From Squalus acanthias (lineage: Eukaryota), in the NCBI GenBank assembly GCA_030390025.1, contig CM059431.1, positions 102,984,001 through 103,048,000 on the forward strand: 64,000 nt of DNA. The letters are read 5' to 3'. Positions 36,388 through 48,361 of the stretch are shown here, in pieces. A program made the position numbers and the translations under genes. How positions within the stretch are numbered: the stretch's first letter is position 1; the number at the start of each line of letters is the position of its first letter. The notes under the pieces are model-generated. The model did not search any database and was not told the origin of the DNA. It saw only the letters and a list, made by a program, of their open reading frames with translations.

Positions 36388-37800
36388 GAATATAAACTAA
36401 AGGGTACAATCCTAAAGGGGGTGCATGAACAGAGAGACCTGGGGGTATATGTGCACAAATCGTTGAAGGTGGCAGGGCAGGTTGAGAAAGCGGTTAAAAA
36501 AGCATACGGGATCCTGGGCTTCATAAATAGAGAGGTCGCACAACACCAGGTTATAGTCCAACAGTTTTATTTGAAATCACAAGCTTTCGGAGCTTACTAC
36601 TCCTTCGTCGGGTGAAGTAAAAAGATACAGAATCGCCAAAGCATATATAGATAGAGAACAATGCATGTGTACCTTACAATTGCAGACAACTAAATTAAAT
36701 CATCCTGACTATCTGCCGAGGTGTGATAAAGTTAATCAGGTCAGCCAGGAAGGTACCACATCAAAGACATAGCAAGATACAACTGAGACAATGAGGTGGA
36801 GTCGCAGGGGGTCTAACATGTCAAAAGCTGCCGTCTGTATGTAAAACGAAAAGCTTTAAAATTTTTACTTTTTTACTGGGAAAATTTTTACTTTTTTACT
36901 GGGAATCACATCTGTGAACAAGCCAACGACGACTCGAGTCCGGATCACGTCATGTATCGTGACATAAACCCAAGATCCCGGTTGAGACCGTCTTCATGAG
37001 TGCGGAACTTGGCTATCAGTTTCTGCTCGATGATTTTGCGTTGTCGTGTGTTCCTAAGGTTGCCTTGGAGAACGCTTACCCGCAGATCCGAGGCTGAATG
37101 TCCTTGACTGCTGAAGTGTTCCCCGACTGGGAGGTAACAATCCTGCCTGGCGATTGTTGCGCGGTGCTCGTTCATACGTTCATAAATAGAGGCATAGAGT
37201 ACAAAAACAAGGAAGTTAGATGAACCTTTATAGAACACTGGTTTGGCCTCAACTGGAGTATTGTGTCCAATTCTGGGCACCGCACTTTAGGAAGGATGTG
37301 AAGGCCTCAGAGAGAGTGCAGAAAAAATTTACAAGAATGATTCCAGGGATGAGGGACTTCAGTTACGTGGATAGACTAGAGAAGCTGGGGTTGTTCTCCT
37401 TAGAGCAGAGAAGGTTGAGGGGAGATTTAATAGAGGTGTTCAAAATCATGAGGGGTCTGGACAGAGTAGATAGAGAGAAACTGTTCCCATTGGCGGAAAG
37501 GCCGAGAACCAGAGGACACAGATTTAAGGTGGTTGGCAAAAGAACCAAAGGCGACATGAGGAAAAACTTTTTTATGCAGTGAGTGGTGGTGATCTGGAAT
37601 GCGCTGCCTGATAGGGTGGTGGAGGCAGACTCAATCGTGGCTCTCAAAAGGGAATTGGATAAGTACCTGAAGGAAATTTTTTTTGCAGGGCTATGGGGAA
37701 AGGGCGGGGAGAGTGGGACTAGCTGAAGTGGTCTTGCAAAGAGCCAGCACGGGCTCGAGGGACTGAATGGCCTCCTTCTGTGCTGTAACCATTCGATGAT
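36388..37800 (+). mobile_element. CR1 split by a Penelope-like insertion
   Basis: EQRDLGVYVHKSLK...GILGFINR, resuming after 37191. Confidence 0.9.
36533..37178 (-). mobile_element. Penelope-like element 3' end (family A)
   Basis: RMNEHR...PVGEHFSSQGHSASDL...EQKLIAKFRTHEDGLNRD; 13-bp TSD ttcataaatagag (36520-36532, 37179-37191). Confidence 0.88.
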
Positions 37801-37811
37801 TCAGTGAATCA

Positions 37812-38012
37812 GCATCCATCGCACGAGACAGCAGCCTGTGCCAGAGGTCCACTATTCTCTGGGCAAAGAACCACCTCCTGACATCTAACCTAGATCTGGC
37901 CTTGTACAACTTAAATTTGTGACCCCTGGTCCTCTCTGACCCATTTAATTGGAACAAACTGTCAACTGGAACACAATCGTTTCCCTTCATTATTTTATAA
38001 TCCTCAATCAGA
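37812..38012 (-). mobile_element. Older CR1 fragment
   Basis: YKIMKG...RTRGHKFKL...FFAQRIVDLW. Confidence 0.75.
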
Positions 38013-38113
38013 CTGTTTGCGTTCGAATAGCAAATTGTGACCAGTTGCTTAAAATAAAGAAAGAAGAAACACATTTGAAACATTGAGACTGCCTCCACAA
38101 CAAGTTATTAACG

Positions 38114-38568
38114 TACAGAAGCAAAATACTGCGGATGCTGGAAATCTGAAATAAAAACAGAAAATGCTGGAAATACTCGGCAGGTCAGACAGCATCTGTG
38201 GAGAGAGAAACAGAGTCAACGTTTCATTTACACCTCCTCTAGACCCATCCTTTGTTTCTAAACTTGTCCCATTACCATCTCCTTTTGCCTTGCACCATCA
38301 TCCCTTTTGTCATTTAGTCTCTCCTGCCTTCCACCCTATCACAGACCTTCCCTTTTGTTCTTTCCTCCCCCTCCCCCCTCTCCCTGCCCCTACACTTGCT
38401 TAAAAACCTGTTCCATCTCCAGCTTCTTCCAGTTCTGATGAAGGGTCATCGACCTGAAACGTTTAACTCTGTTTCTCTCTCCACAGATGCTGCTTGACCT
38501 GCTGAGCATTTCCAGCATTTTCTGTTTTTATTGCAGGTTTCCAGCGTCCGCAGTATTTTGCTTTTGTA
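38114..38568 (+). mobile_element. Penelope-derived foldback element (family B)
   Basis: About 110-bp inverted arms (38114-38226 / 38455-38568); matches the terminal repeat at 39480-39590. Confidence 0.8.
38431..38469 (+). ncRNA. Minimal hammerhead ribozyme motif
   Basis: AGTT-CTGATGA-A-GGGTC-ATC-GACCT-GAAA-CG-TT-TAACT. Confidence 0.7.
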
Positions 38569-39546
38569 ACAAATTCCTTGTTCAACTTCTTTACTTCTGA
38601 GTATTCGGTTTATTACGCAAGAAAATTGAATTTTTATTTCATTACCACATCGATTGTAATTGAGTGTCCCTATTATAAATTACTTCAATATCTCCTTTAT
38701 GTCTTTACATGAAGTAGTTTACACCACTCTCTGGAGAATCTTGTCTGTTGTCTTGAAAATCCTATTAGCGAAGATTAATGTGTACAGTCTCAATGACTGT
38801 ATATTTTAATAACTTATCACGGGGCTGGTTTGCATTTGCTGAACCCGAGCTTCTTAGCATTCTAAATCGCACAGAACTGTAAATAAATGTTTCAACCGCG
38901 GCGCCCTGCTATCTTCGCACTAACTGCTGGTTAACAGAACAACCTCCTCCCCTCAGCTCTATCCCATAACGGCACTTTAAACTGCGTTAATATTTAAAAC
39001 GCCGGTGAGCACATGGCTATAAATTCAGACTTGGACTGTGAGAGGTTATTTTGAAATGTGCTGCCTTCGCAGAGCTGCGTCTGAGACAAACGTGGATCTG
39101 AGCGGAGCAGGAAATGACTCCCCACTCCCCACAACCGTACAAAACAGGGAAATACGACACAATTTATCCATTAGGCCTTTCCTTGACAGGAGTGGCATTA
39201 AAAAAAAAAACATCTCGCTCAGCACTGTTTCGGTTTTGATTTTATTCGTAGGCATCTCAGCTTTGAATATTTTTATTATACATGAAATGACAGTATGTTT
39301 CACAAGTGCAGTTGTAAGAGCCGTCAAATTGAACAGAATGGGCTATGCCGTGCTTAACATTGTTTTGAAATGCACTCAAGAAGATTTAGTGAAACTGAAG
39401 AATTCTCTTTTTGTTTGAGGAGGCCCTTAGGAGTCACCCATAAAATACATTACAGAGTTCTTAACGAGCTCTTTTAGGGAAATAACAACAGAAAACGCTG
39501 GGAAAAACTCAGCAGGCCAGGCAGCATCCGTGGAGAGAGAAACAGT

Positions 39547-39581
39547 GTTAACGTTTCAGGTCGAAGACCTTTCGTCAGAAC
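39547..39581 (-). ncRNA. Minimal hammerhead ribozyme motif
   Basis: GTT-CTGACGA-A-AGGTC-TTC-GACCT-GAAA-CG-TT-AAC. Confidence 0.75.
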
Positions 39582-39707
39582 TGGAAAAAAGCAGGAAATG
39601 AAATAGATTTTAAAGCAAGTTAGGGCTGGGAAAAGGGGGAGGGGATGAAAGAACAAAAGGGAAGGTCAGTGATAGGATAGAAAGCAGGAGAGATTGAGAG
39701 ACATTAA

Positions 39708-40601
39708 GGGGTAAAAATTCACTTGGTTGCGCCTCCCGTTAGCGCCTTAAGAGGGCGCTAATGGGGCGCAAAGCCGCTAACGCCCGTGCGCAGCGATGTT
39801 TGCGCCGCTCGAGAACTTAACTTGAGATTGTGCGGCGGCGCTAAAACTTACCGCTGCGACCACCTGCGCGCGCAGATTGTGACGTCATTCCATGGTGCAA
39901 CGCCCTTGTGGTGCCCCGGAGCGGAAATTGAGTGGCGCCCCCTGCCTTACCGCCTGGCGCATCCAACGACCAGAAGACTGGAACGCTATCAATCGCTGTG
40001 GGGCTGGGGGGGGGCGCTATTTAAAGGGGGCCTCTTCCTGTCTTTTATTGTTGGTGGCATTTTTGAACTACGCATTCTGAGAGAGAGAGGGAGAGACTTC
40101 TGGAGAGATTCAACGTTGTGGGAAGGAGTTTTGGGTACTGAGCAGCACTTTGCAGGTTCATTTTGATTTGCCATTCCTTGTATCGATTTAGCAGAGACTG
40201 TGGGAGCTGCACTCTGAGCTCTTTGCCTGTTACTCTCCATTGTTCTTTCCAGCACATTTGATGTGCAAGTCTCTCCAGGCCGAGATTCAAGGCTGCAATG
40301 AACAGGATGTGGATGGAAAGCAAGATTAACCATCCCCTTTAAGAACTGGCCCGTGCCATTGTGTGTGTGTTTCATTGCTGACTGACATTACATGAGCTTC
40401 GCCAGCGCTCTGAGTTAGCGCCTCACTCCTTGGCCTTTGCGCCTTAAGACAGGTGTGCAGCGCCTGCTTTAGCGCTCCACTCACCTCCCGGGGCGGTAAA
40501 AGTGAAGTTTCCTGTCAGTGCCGATAATTAGCGCCAGGCGCTAATATTTGCGTCCAGACGATATTTGCGCCCCAAATGGGGCGCGACCTAATTTCTACCC
40601 C
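39708..40601. mobile_element. Harbinger-type MITE
   Basis: TSD TAA (39705-39707, 40602-40604); TIR ggggtaaaaatt / aatttctacccc. Confidence 0.85.
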
Positions 40602-40784
40602 TAAGAGATATTCAAGGCAAAAGGAGGTGGAAATGGGACAGGTTGAGGAACAAAGGATGGCTCTAAATGAAGTGTGAAATGCGCTGGCAGAATGAAGGAC
40701 AGCTGCCATGTGGAAGGGAAGAAAAAGGGTCAAACAAAAGTGTGGATAAAAAAATGAAATATATATATGTGGTAGGGGCCGGGG

Positions 40785-41606
40785 TTATGATCTGAAATTG
40801 TTGAACTCGATGTTGAGTCCAGAGGGCTGTAGCGTGCCTAAACGAAAGATGAGGTGCTGTTCCTCGAGCTTACGCTGAGCTTCCGTGGAACAATGCAAGA
40901 GGCCGAGGACGGTGAGGTCTGAGTGGGAGTGAAGCAGTGAATTAAAGTGACAGGGCACCGGGAGCTCGGGGTCCCCCTTGCGGACTGAACGGAGGTGTTC
41001 CGCAAAGCGGTCACCCAATCTGCGTTTGGTCTCCCCAATGTAGAGGAGACCACATCGTGAGCAGCGAATACAGTATACTAAATTGCAGGAAGTACAAGTA
41101 AATCGCTGTTTCACCTGGAAGGGGTGTTTGGGGCCCTGGACAGTGGGAAGGGTGGAGGTATAAGGGCATGTGTTGCATCTCCTGCGCTTGCACGGGAAGG
41201 TGCCGGGCGAAGGGGAAGGGGTGCTGGGGGTGGTAGAGGAGTGGACTAGGGTGTCGCGGAGGGAGCGGTCCCTGCGGAATGCTGAAAGGGGAGGTGAGGG
41301 GAAGATGCGTTTGGTGGTGGGATCACGCTGGAGGTGGCGGAAATGGCGGAGGATGATCCGTTGAATGTGGAGGCTGGTGGGGTGAAAGGTGAGGACAAGG
41401 GGAACTCTATTGTGGTTCCGGGAGGGAGGGGCAGGGGTGAGGGCAGAAGTGCGGGAGATAGAACGGACACGGTCGAGGGCCGTGTCAACCACCGTAGAGG
41501 GGAATCCTCGGTTGAGGAAAAAGGAAGACATGTCGGAAGCTCTGGTATGGAAGGTGGCATCGTCAGAGCAGATGCGGCGGAGACGGAGAAACTGGGAGAA
41601 TGGAAT
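40785..41606 (-). CDS. Penelope ORF C-terminus: RT thumb plus GIY-YIG endonuclease, 5'-truncated
   Basis: FLNRGFP, PLVLTFHP, PCKRRRCNTC, NLVYCIRCSRCGLLYIGETKRRLGDRFAEH, EQHLIFRLGTLQPSGLN. Confidence 0.9.
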   Translation of the reverse strand: MPFSQFLRLRRICSDDATFHTRASDMSSFFLNRGFPSTVVDTALDRVRSISRTSALTPAPPSRNHNRVPLVLTFHPTSLHIQRIILRHFRHLQRDPTTKRIFPSPPLSAFRRDRSLRDTLVHSSTTPSTPSPSPGTFPCKRRRCNTCPYTSTLPTVQGPKHPFQVKQRFTCTSCNLVYCIRCSRCGLLYIGETKRRLGDRFAEHLRSVRKGDPELPVPCHFNSLLHSHSDLTVLGLLHCSTEAQRKLEEQHLIFRLGTLQPSGLNIEFNNFRS

Positions 41607-41784
41607 AGAGAACAGGGAACAGGTTTCAGGGAATAGGTTTCAAGTACTGCTATAAAACAGAACTTTACCTTGGAATTAGGAATTATTTTAAAGCAAAGGT
41701 GGAATATTTTTCACTTTCCATTCATTTCAATGCAAGCTGAGTTTGCAAAACCGAATGTCAACAAATGAGACGAAAACAAATCGT

Positions 41785-43243
41785 TTTAAGGTGGCAGGGC
41801 AGGCTGAGAAAATGGTTAAAAAAGCATAGGGGACCCTGGGCTTCATAAATAGAGGCTTCGGGCTAAAAATTCCGTAGCAGGCCCATTTGGGGCGACAACT
41901 TTCGAAATCTCGGAAAAGTATCGCCGGGCGATAATCATTTTCTGGTCCCGGGAAATTGAGCTTCAGCGCTCCAAGAGGGAAGCGGAGCGCTAAATCAAGC
42001 GCCAACCACTTCTCTTAGGGCGCTAAAGTGCGAGAGTGGGGCAGTAGTGGCAGAGCGCTGGACAATGTGGAGTGCAAAGATACCGGCATCGGAGGCTGCT
42101 TCCCTCGCTTAAAGGGAAGGGCCAATGATGGCGCGCAAGATTCTTCTGCTCAGTTCTGTGTTGCCAGGTGACCTGCCATTACAGCCCCGAACACTCCCAG
42201 AGAGTGCAGGGCTTGGACATCTCGCAACATAAAGCATCGAAAACTTTCAGCAGGCAACAGACTGGCGCAAAGAATAAAGTTTGGCCGACCTGAAAACCAT
42301 TCCCTTTAATTAGCGCTCCCCAAGCGGCCAGCCGAGGTGACAACGCCTCCTCTTCCTGCCGTTGTTTACGCCCGGTGATACAGCAGGGGGCGGGAGGCAA
42401 TTTCACATCCGGGGCGGTAACGGGGCGCTGCGCACTTTATGATGTCACGATCTGCGAGGCGTTAGAGGCCCAGGCGGTAAGTGTTAGCACCAGCGCTAAA
42501 CCGGCACTGAAGTTCGTGGGCGTCGCTGAATTCGCCGCGCCCGGTCGCTAACCACTTAGCGCCCCGTTACCGCCCCCCCCCCGCAAGCGCTAACGGGAGG
42601 CGCAAAGCAGCCGAAATTCTACCCCATAGAGTACAAAAACAAAGAAGTTATGATGAACCTGTATAAAACACTGGTTCGGCCACAACTGTAGTATTGTGTC
42701 CAATTCTGGGCACCACACTTCAGGAAGGATGTGAAGGCTTTAGAGAGGGTGCAGAAAAGATATTCAAGGATTGTTCCAGGGATGAGGAATTACAGTTACG
42801 TGAATAGACTGGAGAAACTGGGGTTGTTCTCCTTAGAGCAGAGAAGGTTGAGAGGAGATTTGATAGAGGTGTTCAAAATCATGAGGGGTCTGGTCAGAGT
42901 AGATAGAGAGAAACTGTTCCCATTGGCGGAAGGGGCGAGAAGCAGAGGACACAGATTTAAGGTGATTGGCAGAAGAACCAAAGGCGACATGAGGAAAAAC
43001 CTTTTTTTACTCAGCGAGTGGTTATGATCTGGAATGCACTGCCTGAAAGGGTGGTGGAGGCAGATTCAATCGTGGCTTTCAAAAGGGAATTCGATAAATA
43101 CCTGAAGGAAAAAAATTTGCAGGGCTACGGGGAAAGGGTGGGGGGAGTGAGTAGCTGAAGTGCTCTTGCTGAAAGCCGGCACGGACTTAATGGGCTGAAT
43201 GGCCTCCTACGCTGCTGTAACCATTCTATGATTCTGTGATTCT
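41785..43243 (+). mobile_element. CR1 split by a MITE
   Basis: aatagaggc|...|atagagtacaaaaac rejoins the CR1 sequence seen at 37185-37210. Confidence 0.88.
41860..42625. mobile_element. Harbinger-type MITE related to 39708-40601
   Basis: TIR gggctaaaaattc / gaaattctacccc; 3 extra bases but degenerate TSD; many agcgc motifs. Confidence 0.75.
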
Positions 43244-43629
43244 AAGTAAAAATAAACTTACTTAAGGTTTCTACTCATTTAAATGGTAAAACTCATAGGG
43301 TAGATATGTCCTGGATGAGGGAGTTGGCGTGTAGGTGGTAAATGTGCAGTACTTATAACCAGGGTCATCGGTCAGATACTAACATACAGTTCACTGCACT
43401 TTTAGAAGACTGCAGGAACACCTTAACAAACTGAAATTGGAGTCAATGGAGAAGATGGTTGAAAATAAAATTTCTAGCCCGAAGATAGGATGTTGGTCAA
43501 GCAAGACACTGTATAGTAACTTTCTTTGACGTACAGATGCAACAGTGTTTAACCAGAAAGAAAGTAGTAGCTTCTCAAGAAAAAGGATGGATCGAGTCCC
43601 TTGTTCTTGGGAGAATGAAGGTTCCTCTC

Positions 43630-44025
43630 CTACTCTCTGGAGTTTAGAAGAATGAGAGGTGATCTCATTGAAACATATAAGACTCTGAGAAGGATTGACA
43701 GGGTAGACGCTGAGAGGCTGTTTTCCCTGGTTGGGGAGTCTAGAACTAAGGGGCATAGTCTCAGGATATGGGGTCGGCCATTTAGGACTGTAGATGGGGA
43801 GACATTTCTTCACTCAGAGGGTTGTGAATCTTTAGAATTCTCTACCCCAGAGGGCTGTGAATGTTGTGAGTCGTTGAGTATATTTTGCACACTAAGGGAA
43901 TCAAGGGATATGGGGATAGTGCAGGAAAGTGGAGTTGAGGTCGAAGATCAGCCATGATCTCATTGAATGGTGGAGCAGGCTCGAGGGGCCGTGTGACCTA
44001 CTCCTGCTCCTAATTCCTTATGTTC
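43630..44025 (+). mobile_element. CR1 3' fragment
   Basis: MRGDLIETYK...TKGHSLRI. Confidence 0.85.
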
Positions 44026-44256
44026 CTTCACTGCCTTGTCCTGATGTCACATGTGATTCTCCTGAAAACCTTTGTACAATGGAATGTTTTATATGTCTGT
44101 TCCTTCAATATCTGCTGTTGAAAATCATACCATATCTGGATTGTTTTTGAACTCTGAACACTAAAGGATCTCTTATCAGGTCCACAGGCCTCGCTTCCTT
44201 ATCTCTGCAAATGCCAGCATTGTTTTATCTTATCAGTTACTCGGGTCTTGTAGTTT

Positions 44257-44672
44257 ACAACAACAACAGCAACAACTTGCATCTATATAGCGCCTTTAAC
44301 ATAGTAAAACGTCCGAAGGCGCTTCACAGGAGTGTTAACAATCAGTATTTGACACCGAGCCACATAAGGAGATATTAGGACAGATGACCAAAAGCTTGGT
44401 CAAAGAGTTAGGTTTGGTGGAGCGATGAAAATAGGGGATGAGCAAGAGGCCAGAATTGGAGGAGCGCGGTGATCTCTGAGGGTTGTGGGGCTGGAGGAGG
44501 TTACAGAGATAGGGAGGGGCGATGCCGTGGAGGGGATTTGCAGCAAGGAGGAGAATTTTAAAATGGAGGCGTTGCCGGACCGGGAGCCAATGTAGGTCAG
44601 CGAGCGCAGGAGGTGATGGGCGAACGGGACTTGGTGCGAGTTAGGACACGGGGCAGCAGAGTTTTGGATGAG
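44257..44672 (-). mobile_element. L2 3' fragment
   Basis: (CAA)n tail; reverse match to 29565-30065. Confidence 0.82.
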
Positions 44673-45299
44673 CCTGTCTTGTTGTCACATCCTACCTACT
44701 GACTCAGCAAAACGGCATCCTTCCCAGTACTGTAGTAAACACATCCATGATCCTTGGTAGGACTTATCAATGGCCTAATTTCCTAACCTTCTGAATTTGC
44801 TCAAGTTCTGCGTTCTTTCACCAAGTAATCGAGTCCATTCTTTTAGTCTTCTTTCAAAACAAGTATTAAAATTCCATATTGAAAAGCCTACAATCCTTCA
44901 GGACCTTTTTGAAAAAGTAACACCTTTATAGGAACTATCTTAGCCTTTGAATAATGCAGCAGATGTGACAGAAGATTATTTCCAACGATGGATATATTTC
45001 AACACTTGATCTGTATCCTGGACACCAGAGATATGATTTCATTAAAGCTGTGCATTCTTTGACTTCAGTGAAGTGACCTTAAGTGTACATTTTATTTTGT
45101 TATTGATGAGCTTTATATTGAATTTCGTAGGTAGCAGATTTCCATTGTTTATGATCTTTCGATACACTGCAGTCCCGTCAGAGCAAACTCACAATTGCGG
45201 AAGCTTAAAGTTCCTACTTTGTATTTCTGTGGTGTATGTGCAAATGAAAAATGCTTGGGTTGGAACTGATCGTTACAAAAACTGCATAGACATCTTAAA

Positions 45300-45962
45300 G
45301 CAAGCGGTGTAAGCTTTTTATTTCGACTGGCATTAAATTGACAGCAAGACCAATTCTTTTGAAACAATTTGGAATAAGTTTATTAAACACACACACACTC
45401 ATGCACATCAAAACAATAGCCTACTGGTATTTATGGACTCCACTCGATTACAACACGGAAGGTAATGGGTTAGATTTACACAGACTGGTACTTCCCTGAG
45501 TCAGGCAATGCACGCGGCCTTTTTCCTTGCTTCTTGGCCTGGTCTGTAGAGGGAGGGCTTCTTGTTTTACCGTGTGGTCATCCAGAGAGAGAGAGAGAGA
45601 GAGAGAGCCTTTTGGGTTCCTTGTTTTATATCTTTTTAAGTCCATTGTCTCTAGTCTAAATTGCTAAGACCCCAGGATTGGGTCTTAGTTTCATGGCAGT
45701 TCTTGATTGGCTTTCCTTTGAACATGTGTCTGTCTGCAGTGGCTGGTGCCATTTCTTGATTAAGTTAATTGTTTGTTGACACCTTTTAATGGATCTTGAG
45801 TTTCGATGGTGAGTTTCGATGGTGTCTCTGTGGGGGGTTATCCTGTTATGCAGGTTTCCTTTGTTAAGCTTCGCGCCGTTGCCTTACCCAGGGGAGATCC
45901 ATACACATTAAATTTATCTTTATTACATACATCTTATATTAATAGTCTCGAGTCCATCACAC
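45300..45962 (-). mobile_element. Possible solo LTR, boundaries uncertain
   Basis: Minus-strand CCAAT, TATAAAA and AATAAA in LTR order; no convincing TSD. Confidence 0.35.
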
Positions 45963-45987
45963 ATACAAAACGTATATTTTTATATTT

Positions 45988-46063
45988 AAGGGCAGCAGCT
46001 CCGAAAGCTTGTGATTTCAAATAAAACTGTTGGACTATAACCTGGTGTTGTGCGACTTCTCAC
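45988..46063 (+). mobile_element. 76-bp Penelope family A terminal fragment (half hammerhead)
   Basis: gctccgaaagcttgtg...gtgttgtgcgacttctcac; flanking ttttatattt duplicated. Confidence 0.75.
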
Positions 46064-46309
46064 TTTTATATTTTTATTGTTACAGTGGCCGTTACTCAGG
46101 GGCTGCTGCTGATGGGTGGCCTGTTTTACACCCTGCCCAATTTGGGGTGTGAAATGGATGAGTGATTTGCTATCGCCCGTCTTGCACTACCGTCAAAGTT
46201 GAATTTCACCCTGATTGTATTTGGCAGAAATGCGTAGTGGACCCTTAACTGATGCATGGGGGTGAGTGATGGTTGTTGGGAGTGAGAGAGGATGAGAGCC
46301 TAATGAAGA

Positions 46310-46772
46310 AAAAAGAAAGACTTGCATTTATATAGCGCCTTTCATGACCTCAGGACATCCCAAAGGGCTTTACAGTCAATGAAGTACATTTGAAGTGCAG
46401 TCACTGTTGTAATGTAGGAAACGTGGCATCCAATTTGTGCACAGCAAGCTCCCACACACAGCAATGTGAAAATAACCAGATAATCTGTTTTAGTGATGTT
46501 GATTGAGGGACAAATATTGGCCCAGGACACCGGGGAGAACTCCCCTGCTCTTCTTCGAAATAGTGCAAGCGATCTTTTACGTCCACCTGAGTGAGCTGTC
46601 AGGGCTTAATATCTCATCCGAAAGACAGCATCTCCGACAGTGCAGTGCTCTCTCAGTACTGCACTGGTGTGTCAGCCTAGATTTTTATGCTCAAGTCTCC
46701 GGAGTGGGATTTGAACTGCACAACCTTCTGACTCAGAGGCGAGAGGGCTGCCCACTGAGCCTCTGACTGACA
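46310..46772 (-). mobile_element. Full-length DeuSINE
   Basis: Reverse match to 21396-21855. Confidence 0.88.
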
Positions 46773-47262
46773 CTAATGAAGGGTCGTTGGTCTTTGAGGT
46801 GCTGGAATGGGAACTGGACTCACGGCGGAGGAACATCAATGAAGATATTAGAATCAGATCTGATTAAGATCAGCTACTGTTCTATTAGTTTTGACAGATA
46901 CATTAGATTCATCGATTACATAACAGGGATCATAAAATTATCGGTATCTGTCCTTTGGGTGAAAAATGACATGGCGTTTCCAGACATGCTCAGGCCAAGA
47001 TGATTGTATTCACTTCAGAGGCTTTTAAGAAACTGTGAAAATAATTTGTATTCATTGTGAATGTTAATCTGATAGAAAGACATTGGAGGTTAAAACTGTT
47101 GCTGACTGTAGGAAATGTTCTGTTGTTCCAGTCATTAACAAGCTTCCTGAGGTGACACTGGAGTTTTTTATAAGCAGCTCATTATTTGCACCAAATTAAA
47201 ATGACGTGGTTCGATCTGATGAGGAAGATATGGGGTATATTTCCCTTCATTTGCTAATTTTA

Positions 47263-47738
47263 GAGTCAGCCGTGGCTCAGTGGGTAGCACCCTCGCCTCT
47301 GTAGGTCAGAAGGCTGTGGGTTCAAGTCCTCACCCCAGGGACTTGAGCACAGAAAGCTAGGCTGACACTCCCAGTGCAGTGCTGAGGGAGTGCTGCACTG
47401 TCGGAGGTGCCGTCTTTCGGGTGAGACGTTAAACCGAGGCTCCCGTCTGCTCTCTCAGGTGGATGTAAAAAATCCCATGGCACTATTTTGAAGAAGAGCA
47501 GGGGGAGTTATCCCCGGTGTCCTGGGCCAATATTTATCCCTCAACCAACATAACAAAAACAGATTATCCGGTCATTATCACATTGATGTCTGTGGGAGCT
47601 TGCTGTGCGCATATTGGTTGCCGCGTTTTCCATATTACAACAGTGACTACACTTCAAAAAGTACTTCATTGGTTGTAAAGCGATTTGAGACGTCCGGTGG
47701 TCGTGAAAGGCGCTGTAGAAATGCAAGTCTTTCTTTTT
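47263..47738 (+). mobile_element. Full-length DeuSINE
   Basis: tRNA head, Deu core, L2-type tail. Confidence 0.9.
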
Positions 47739-48361
47739 TAATCGAGTATAAAGGCGAACAGAAAATAGGTGCGAGGACAAGTTAGAAAGTGAGGAGAAAG
47801 CAGATGCAAGTATAAAATGAGCAGGAAGTCGGACAGTACAGCAGCTCCAACCGGGCAGAGGCGGTTGCTGTACACTTCATTATGTACCTAAATGGAACAA
47901 ATTGCCTTCTTTAACTGCATACTTCAAATTAATTTCCACTCGTTTGATCTCAATGAAAGGCAAGATTGCCAATAAGTAATGAGAGTCGGAATTTGTAACG
48001 GGATGGGGGCGGATGGTGAAACATGGGCTGAGCTAGACTGCTGTGCTTCAAAGTACTTTGTAATGTTCAAGTGTTATTAGCCCCATAAATTAAGGCACTG
48101 ATTTATATCATTTAAAAATTAATTTTGGTTTGTGAATACAATTAAATGCTGTGCGCTCATTGTTTTATTAAAACTCTATGCAATTTAAGTTTAAAACTAT
48201 GTCAGCTCAAATTAATTTTACTGAGTTAAAGTTACCCAGCCTGCTTATTAAAAATAAGTTTTTCTCGTGAAATGTGTTCTGAATATATTCGAGTTTTCAA
48301 TCAAGAAACATCAGATATGTGTATTTGCACCCCTTGATCTTCACTTTGACTCTAAGCTCCA

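Larger units (their letters stand above)
39480..41606 (-). mobile_element. Penelope-like element (family B, Neptune-type) split by a MITE
   Basis: RT thumb, Cys linker, GIY-YIG, then 3' UTR and terminal repeat. Confidence 0.88.

Noticed and set aside
36858..36905. 23-bp tandem duplication inside the Penelope 3' UTR
   Set aside because: Local slippage, absent from the 20830 copy; no function evident
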